DNA of 64,000 nucleotides from Setoptus koraiensis (Eukaryota > Animalia > Arthropoda): the NCBI GenBank assembly GCA_048013815.1, contig CM106585.1, forward strand, positions 8,432,001 through 8,496,000, written 5' to 3'. Positions within the stretch are counted from its first letter, which is position 1, and every line of letters begins with the position of its first letter. Below the pieces are notes generated by a model that was not told the DNA's origin, made no database searches, and saw nothing but the letters and a program-made list of their open reading frames with translations. Below, one piece after another: positions 41,501 to 50,512 of this stretch. The position numbers were made by a program, and so were the translations under genes.

Positions 41501-44500
41501 CTTTGTCTTTAACAACATTGAAGCTTTGAGTTACTAAAGCGGCGGCCTGAGTCAAGGGAATTAGTGATTTTTGTAGCTCAGTCTGTAAATTTTCAGACAG
41601 TTGGCTCAATTTTTGTTTTTTGAGTTTTTCAATACAGATATCGTGAATACTGGACCATTTGTCGCGATTCTGTTGATTGATTCTGTCTGAATTTAGACGA
41701 CCATTTAGAATAGATTTGGCCAACTCCTGTGCTAGCTTCGACAATTTGGCATTGATTTCTTGACGAAATTCATCAATGTCATCGTCATCGTCGCCATCAC
41801 AATCATCTTCGAGGTCTTTATCGAATGTTTGTCGACTAATATCATGAATGAATGTCAATAATATGCTATTGTAACAGGGGTCATTGCAATAATTCAGCAC
41901 TTGAGCCACTAGATCTAAATCCAATTGTAGAATCTTAGAAGTAAAATAGTTATGCTCATCAATGGTCATGGATTCTGAATTTGACATTAAATACACAATT
42001 AGCATCCACAGTGATTTTCCCAATTGATTTTTTATGGTTGTCAAAATCTTGAACCACATAGTGCGAGATATAGCATTGGTGGCTTCAGACGATTGAAGGC
42101 TTGACGAGCAGGTAGATAACAATGATAGTAGTAGCTCCAGTACATCCATTGTGAATTTTTTCTCCGTCGAACTAGTGTACATGCCTTTGTCTCGTGATAT
42201 GATAAACTCTACGGCAATATCCAAGACGACTGTGATACACTCACAAAAATTGGAAAAATTAGAACGGAAGTGATCTCTGATAGGCGAATGGTCTTTATCG
42301 TTGCTGAATATGCCACCAATGACATCACTCCATAATTTAGGTATGTGTATTTTGATAGTGCGGTTCTTGTAATCATCAAATTGGCGCAAGGCTTCCCGCA
42401 TCAAAACAATTTGTCTGTCTCTAATGAGATAACCAAACTTGTCATACCCATTCATTAGATACAAGAAATATATCAGTTTTGCGTATTCGTCCAATGATTG
42501 TTGATAATTTTGTGATTCGAAATAGTATCTCACCAGCAACTCTAGACTACTGTCGATCTCATGTAACAATTGTACTTGAGAAATATTTTCAATCTCAATC
42601 ACTTCTTCATCCGAATCATTATCAGCCTTCTTTTGTTCATTTTGAATGATATAATCTTTCATAGAGTCGAAGAATATCTTCATCAAACTATTGACAAGCC
42701 CATTTTCAATCAAGTACTGAATGATTTTTCTATGTCCAATCATTGCTTTAGTCATGTAGGCATTCAGGAACTGCAAGGATGCTGTGATATCGCTGGATTG
42801 GTCACATTTAGTAATTAGGGTGAGAAATATGGTCCAAGCACTCAATTTGAGTTGATCGTCTGCGTTTGTATCAACATCAAACTCTAGACATAGAGTGGCC
42901 TTGTCAAAATCATCTATTTCCAAAATGATACCATAGCACAACTCGAGCATTCTCATTGTAGTATTGAATCTTGATAACTGATGGGCCATCAAGTGGAGGC
43001 CTTTAGTTTTTGCATGAAATCTATCCAATACGGTGGAACCTAATGTTTGGCCTATCCTAACCCAACAGAAAATCAACTTCAAAACTTCGACTCTTACTAT
43101 ATCCGATGGGTTGTTCAGTAGTATAATGAGCATATCCAAGGGAATAACTTCATTATTCAGTGCATCCATCATTATATTTCTGGGCAATATTTTTGTTATA
43201 GAGGCCAGCATATTGGCCAGCATCGCAATCACCAGATTGACGTTTCCGGCAAGGTTAGTTTCATTACCTCGCACACTGCTGTCTACTGATAGTGATTCCA
43301 TAGCGGTGATTAGAAGTGGCTCATCTTCGATGGGACCAAAATTGATAAAATTATCACCCGACAACTTCAATGGATACAAAAATGTGCTTGCATTGAAATT
43401 TCGCACATACGATTCAGCGGCTGGATGAAGCAATAACAGAAATTCCATTATCTCATTTATGACGGACAATCCGGGTGGATGTTTAATAAGTAACGACATA
43501 AGATTGACCATCAGCACAATTGTGTCATGATCCAGTGGTGGCACATTGTCGTCAGGTTGTACTAAACTTTCTCGAAGCGCCCGCAACAATATGTCTGTGC
43601 AATCGGCTTCAGTCATCATTTTCAAATTGTACTCTCTGAATGGATCTTCCGGCCGTAGCAATTGTATGAGTCCACTGTACAACAGTTGTGCCACTTGTAG
43701 ATTCTTATGCCACGCTCTCCAGGCATTCATGAAATGATGTAACAACTTTGGTGACTTAATTTTGGCGCTATCTCCCTGTCTTATCAAACAATAATCCATG
43801 TAGGTGTCCAAAATAGTGCTTGATATGCAACATGTTGAGTGGCTCAATAGATGATTGGTGAGATTTAGACCATCTAGTCCATACAGGAATTGATTTAAGT
43901 GATGTTGATGAGATTGGCTCATCTTCAACATGACACTAAAGGCTAAACTGTGGGCTCTAGGAGAATCTGTGCGCCTGATTACTTCAGCGAAACAAATTAA
44001 CATTGCATCGATTCCGCCTACTTGAATCAGAGCCGGCCCCAGACTATGATTATGATTGAAACTATTCAATTTAGCAAAATTCAAAACTCTCGCCTGAATA
44101 AATCTATCTGAGCTATTCTTGCATTCAAAATCTTGCGACAAGGTATAGCTCATATATGGATTGACCATGCTACTTGAGTAATCAACAAAATATTCTGGTC
44201 TATGGGCGACAAAAACAGTCATAACATTTTGTGTCAGCCATTTCAATAGACTTTCTTCATCAACTTCGATGTAATTCCCTTGCGATTGTTGATTGGCATT
44301 TCTATCCGGTGGTCGGTGTCCAATATCTGGTAAGATTATTGTAGTTTTAGAGTTGCCGTTTCCGGACATTTGTTGCTGATTTTTACCGAAGATTGTTGTT
44401 CTATTATTTCTGAAATAGGTGAAACACCAAAAGTCAGGTCCCTTACCAAGGAGAAATGTGCATATTTCCCTGGTTGGCAAATTCTTATAGATTACAACCT

Positions 44501-47084
44501 GACTTAATTTCCACATGTAATCCGAGCAACCTGTCTCGCATCCAACTAAACAAGCAAAGTTCGTAGGAACATTGTACAATCCATAGGTAAGTTGATCCTC
44601 TTCCTCGTGGTAACCATCGATTATGACCTTTAGTCGAAGTTTGTTAATTTGTTGCAATGTTGACTCTTCAAATTGAAAACAAAGATGAGACCAAGCACCT
44701 GTTGCACGCAAGTGACTCGGAAACGAAACTTCGTCTAACAGGACAGGTAGTCCATTTTCTAAACGACAGGCTCGCACACAAAAACTAAATGATCTTACAT
44801 TTAGCCAAATCTCTATAGTTAATGTGTCAATGGCAAAAGACACCAAATGCATTAGCGACCTCTGCAACTGAGGTCTGACTCTTCGGCCATAAAACTCAAC
44901 AGGTGGATCGCCTGGTTTATCGACATTGCGCGTCTTTTTTACGCTCCTCTTATTTGTGGGGGGCATCCAGTACGTGTTGGGCTTGGATGATGAGTTTTCA
45001 TTGTAATCTTCTGTATAGAAAAGATCTCCGCAAAGACTGATCCACATCGACGACGAGAAAGCTTTTGATTTTGGACTGACCATCGGTGAAATATTGGATA
45101 GTGGTATCATGAAAGAACATTCGGTCCAACAACAGCCTAGTGTACATTCTTTATTTACTGATTTCTGAGAACCAATCTTACTGTCGGAAGTAGAAATTAA
45201 CGATTGATGTGAGTTATTGGATGAAGCTGCTGATAGTTTTCCTTGTCGTTTAGTCATCATCAATGTGGGCATTGCTCTCCTTGTGGGTCGGTCCATATTG
45301 CTCTTTTTTTCATCATTTGCTTGAATTTGACAAGATTTACGTTGTTTGTAATGCCATGAACCAGCCAAATAGGTGTTGACCTCTATCTCATTTAAGCTCA
45401 TGGATGGTGTAGGAAAATTGATAGAAGTGTAAGGTCTGGTATGGGCACTCAAACGACTCTGATGATCGAGAAGTCTCTCAAGACATGCTAAGACTGTCTC
45501 CAGGTTTACTTGCTCTGATTTCATCAAATCGAAGATCAACTTTAATTCTTTCCCATCAATCCTGAAGTCGGCTATATTTAGCGCTAATTTTAATATAGGC
45601 TCCAAGTAAGTTTTTTGGTAATGTTGCCCATCGTTGATTAGCTTCAATAGTGATGTCAATAATAAATCGATAAAATTCTGTTCAAATAAACATTTGCTGT
45701 TATGTTTATTGCGCAAACAAAATCTATCTAGACGTGTGACAATCTTCAATATGGGTTTCAGTATATCTTTAGAAGTGGACGTCGAAACACTATCATGTTT
45801 AACTTCACGTTTTTCATGACATGAAGAAATGAGCAGATCAAACATAAATTCAAATATCAATTTGCATATGTCGCCATGTTTTATTATTTGGCTTGGAAGG
45901 GCGTCACAAACTTGATAAAAATAATTGTTTGAATGGCAGTTCTCATAGTTTGAATGACAAGGTAAAGTTATCAAAGTATTATGACCCTCATCATCGGCCT
46001 CATAAGAAGAATGATCCGTTGGTGAGTATATCACTTGTTCGTTACTATCACTATTTTTTTCTAGTTTGTTCACTAATATTGAGCTTTCGATGCCGTTTGT
46101 GTTGGCTTGAATAGTATGATTGTTTTGTTCGTGATTCAATATAGAAACAGTTTCACTCGTTGAATGTGAGGCACTATTCGACCAAACATCATCTAAAGTG
46201 ATTGATTCAATAATATGCTTATCATGGTCTCGTCGTCGACGATTATAATCAAGTGAAGATTCATTATCTGTAAAATCGTTATCTGAAAAGGATTCATTGG
46301 AAGTACTTGGGGAACTTGTGTCAGACGAGCTATCATACTCTTGAGTTTGAGTTGAGAGATCATCACCGTCTGATGCTAATTTTGTTATTGGTAGCTGCCT
46401 TACTGTGGGATTCTGTTGATCGCGTACTTTTCTATTTTGATTAGATCTATCTTTAAGGTTTTTTTGACTGTTGCTCGTTTGATGATTTCCATTCAAATGA
46501 GCGGTAATAAGCTTGCATAGGAATCTTGAATCATAGGTTCCAAATGGACGCTTTAGGATATATTTAAATAAGTGATCGAAAAGATTTCTAGAATTAGATT
46601 TGTCCCAGTCGACCTCTTTGTCAATGTAGTCGATAAGATTAAAACTTTTTTCTTTCTTGCTGTTGATGTTAGATGAATTCTTGTCGACACTGGTCTCACA
46701 TCTTGGCGATCGACGACGGTGCACTTTCTTTTGATAATCATTCGCGTGTAATTCTAAACAAGAGTTGAATAAAACCACAACTAAACGCTCAAATTCTCTA
46801 CCCGTAATTGCTTGATCATTGTTTTGACCAAATCGAAGATTGTGCAATGACTGACGTAAATTTTTCACAGTATTCATATGACGAGTTCTTCTCTTACTGT
46901 AGCATATCCAATTTTGGCTTATGAGATCACCGGCTGAATTAAAATTTTGCTGCCGTCCATTATCACTGGAAGGAGTAGCGCGAAGGTCTCTCGAATAGTG
47001 TGCCATCTTGCTCGAGCTAAATTTAGTTGACGTAATGGTTGATTTCTGTAACCTAGAACTGAAATGCTGTTGTGAATGGTCCAT
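38547..47084 (-). CDS. LYST: Lysosomal trafficking regulator LYST/mauve (ConA-like, PH-BEACH, WD40), 2845 aa in a single coding exon
   Basis: Uninterrupted 8538-nt ORF. [16 protein letters not shown], PH domain, BEACH ([61 protein letters not shown]...[10 protein letters not shown]), C-terminal WD40 repeats. The LMQYPVFPF and [13 protein letters not shown] variants are LYST-like. Confidence 0.93.
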   Translation of the reverse strand: [2845 protein letters not shown]

Positions 47085-48239
47085 ATATTTCAGACTGAAA
47101 GATTTTGGTCCCTACAGTAACTACAAAGACAACGAATACCCCAACTAATAAATAGGCGAATGATCAGAATGAAATCTTGCAGTTGCCATTGACACTTTTT
47201 GTTTCCTAGACTGTGTTTGGCGATGAGTTATGTAATCAGCTTGCTAGTATCAAAAAAGAGAACGGGACAGACCGGATGAGATTTTTAGTGATGATGCATA
47301 GCATATGATAGGATATAGATATAGTAGTGCTAAAGTTGAATATCTTGATATAAAGGCAAATGGATGTCGGGGCAAACAGAATTGCTAGCACTGGTATGAT
47401 CTAGATGATATGCCATGCTCTCAGTCTGACAATTGTAGATAAAGTTAATAAATATCGATAGTGCTAAGCGATTGATAGAGCTGATAATGTTATTGTAGTC
47501 AGCTGCTAAAAGCATTGTGATTGTAACCAAAGAGATTTCACTAGATTTACTCAACAAAGATCTTGACTAGACGCACATAGTTTTCGTGCATTATTGTTAC
47601 TATTTGCTCAGATTGTAATGTTATTGTTATCTCTAAGGGTGTCGTTATCTATTTGCTCTCGCAACAGCTCCCTCGAGTTATGAGCAATAACATTATGGTG
47701 CTTTACTAGTTCGTATCACAATATTGTTGATACTGCTGCTGTAGTTGCTATGCCATTGTGCACAATGTGAGCATTCTCCATTTATTTGTGAATGAGTTTT
47801 AAGTGATAATTGCAATTAACACAGTTTCTTTAATTGTCTAAATTGGTTCTCCCTTCTGATAATAGACCAAACACCGACGAGTGCGGACTATAGATCACGT
47901 TAAAGCGTGAGATGCCTTCTTCGTACCCAAAACAGGCTCGCAGTGTTGCGATCAATAACTGAGATATTAAAGTGACTTCACCGGACTTACCATGATAATT
48001 GTTTATTTGTTTTGGGATAACCCTTGTACTTGTGAGAAGATGCAAACACACAAGTAACAATAGATTTGGGATGCTGTTGGGTCGCTTATGGTGCGGCATC
48101 AAATTGTGGGCACAGATTACATCTTGATAATTGTTTTTATTGGACCAATTGCTCGAGAAGTTTTCTGATAATTTCAACTTGTTCCTTGGGGTCTATTCTG
48201 CGTGAAACAATCCGAAAAAATATTTAGATTTTAACTCAC

Positions 48240-48900
48240 GATAAAATAAATGCAGCTCGAATGAAGCGATACATTCGAGATAAATGTGCTCTCGATAGTG
48301 CGTCACCTATGTTTATGTTGTTGACGATGCTGAATGTGTTGCGCGCGGGTTCCGTACGCTTCACCGACCATACTATTCACCGGCACCACATATCATCTAA
48401 AGTCCACTTCACCGACACGATTCACTTCAACTAAGGTTCATTCTGACTCACTTTCATTTCATCGAACGTTCACGACTCTAAATAGGGAGACAGAAGGGAG
48501 ATCAAAATTAGTTCTTTGCGTAAGCGTCGCCCGCTCCCTATGCCTGATGTCCACGCCTACAGGCGTCGCCAGAAACAGTTATCATGCAATGGGTAGGAGG
48601 GTAATGAAAATAACAAATCTGCGGAAACAAATCTCCAATTGTCTCCCTTTAGTTTGAATGAACGTGAGGTATCGTTATCAACATCGATGTATTTGTCGGT
48701 GAAGTTAACTAGTCGGTGTTGTGTCACTCAAAACAAAAAAAAAAACAAAATAAGAGACAACAGCTGACTCGGATTTGTATGCTGGCCTGCGGCGATTGCT
48801 TAATTTTTTCTTTCACCATCCATTGGCTCGCCTCTTGGTTTATTCTAATTGGATTCAGTAGGTTTATTTATCCTAAAAACAACAGAATTGTTTGATATTG
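48240..48900. promoter_or_regulatory. Putative bidirectional promoter region of LYST and golgin-97
   Basis: Divergent gene starts, a CpG-richer stretch, repeated TTCACCGAC/GTCGGTGAA motifs and the palindrome ACATCGATGT (48681-48690). Confidence 0.5.
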
Positions 48901-48917
48901 GTCAGGAGTGAGGAATC

Positions 48918-50270
48918 ATGTTCAAAGGGTTACGCACAAAAATTGAAAGCGAACTCGTCCATGGAATTGTTCAGCCTCAACCACCCCAAAGTCCATCAAA
49001 TGTCAAACCGAAACCATCAACTAATAATGAACACAACGAGACTACAAAATTTAGTGACACAAGTATTGAATCAACCACATCAGATAGCTCAGTAAAACTA
49101 TCGGATCAATTGAAAGACACTGTATTGGATGAGACAGGATCCACCAAGGAAGAAGGAACCGAGACAAAATGCACGGAAACAGCTGAAACACCAGATAGTT
49201 TGGAAAATCTCACCAATCAATTGAACAGTCTTAAAACTGAAATAGAGGGCCTAAAGAAAGAAAGAGATGAAAGCAATAATCAGAACGCCCTCTTATACAC
49301 TTTGGTGGAGAAACTCCGACGCAATATGGAGGCTGAAACCGAAGCTAAATCTAGTCTGGAGGTTAAAGTTAGCGAACTAGAAGAAAGATTATGCAAAGCA
49401 GACGAAGAGGCAAAATCGACTACAGATACTATATTAAAACTCGAGAGTCAGTTGAAAGAGAATACTTCACGCCTCACGGATAATACTATTCACCTCGCTT
49501 ATGGCAGTGTACCCGATAGAAGCTCCACTGTTAATAGTAGTAGCACAATCTCAGGCCAACCGGAGGAGATCTCAAACCAATCAGATATCTTACGTGATAA
49601 AGTTGAACAACTTAGCAAACAATTATCTGAAAAGAATAAAATCATTCGCCTCAAACAACAAAATTTGAATGATTTAAAGAAGGCACTTCAGAAAGAGATG
49701 CTGGAACATAGTAAAACTCAGAGGCAACTGAGTTTGACGTTGGGTAACAACCGAGGTATGAATTATGAATCTGCACAACTATCATCAGCCATCAACAATC
49801 AGAGCACAAATAATACGAATCATTGTTACAACCACACAAATAACAATAATCTATCTACAGAATCAAACTTCAGTGCGCCATGCAGTACGGAGATGTCAGG
49901 CAATTCACCGAATCATTATTTCAGCAACAATCCTACTTTGAGTAGACATCAAACAACATTGTCTTTGACTTCTCATGATGGTAGCGAGTCTCCAAGCGGT
50001 GGCACAATGACTCCTCAATTGGATCGTCTATCTTGTCGGTCTCGGAGTAGTGTTTGTGTTAGTGATTTTGATCCAAATGATATGACCAATAAAGAGGTCA
50101 ATCAAGAATATCTTAGAAACATTCTATATCGTTACATGACGTCTACCGATAGCGAAAAGGCCCAACATCTCATCAAAGTAATATCTGTTCTTATGAACTT
50201 TAGTCCAGAACAATGTTCCGCTATAAAAAGTGCAATGATATCAAGATTCTCTTGGTTGAAATTGCGATAA
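48918..50270 (+). CDS. GOLGA1: Golgin-97 (GRIP-domain trans-Golgi coiled-coil tether), 450 aa; intronless
   Basis: N-terminal MFKGLRTKIESE (compare MFAKLKKKIAEE), coiled coil, and C-terminal GRIP (EVNQEYLRNILYRYM...AQHLIKVISVLMNFSPEQ...SW). Confidence 0.85.
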   Translation: MFKGLRTKIESELVHGIVQPQPPQSPSNVKPKPSTNNEHNETTKFSDTSIESTTSDSSVKLSDQLKDTVLDETGSTKEEGTETKCTETAETPDSLENLTNQLNSLKTEIEGLKKERDESNNQNALLYTLVEKLRRNMEAETEAKSSLEVKVSELEERLCKADEEAKSTTDTILKLESQLKENTSRLTDNTIHLAYGSVPDRSSTVNSSSTISGQPEEISNQSDILRDKVEQLSKQLSEKNKIIRLKQQNLNDLKKALQKEMLEHSKTQRQLSLTLGNNRGMNYESAQLSSAINNQSTNNTNHCYNHTNNNNLSTESNFSAPCSTEMSGNSPNHYFSNNPTLSRHQTTLSLTSHDGSESPSGGTMTPQLDRLSCRSRSSVCVSDFDPNDMTNKEVNQEYLRNILYRYMTSTDSEKAQHLIKVISVLMNFSPEQCSAIKSAMISRFSWLKLR

Positions 50271-50512
50271 AATCAATCAACTCAACAATCATTAAACTAA
50301 GACGGAATATTATTTGTTTCAATAACTAGGAAGTTACTACTTTTATATAACACAATTTTGCATGTGTGTTTCTGATAACGCATAGATGTATGTTAAAATG
50401 AAATTGATTTTAAATAGACTTCTTGACGCTCATATAAATAAATATATCTGTATATATCTATATGAACATAACAAAATAAGCAAAAAAAAAATATCTAATC
50501 ACCACAATCATT

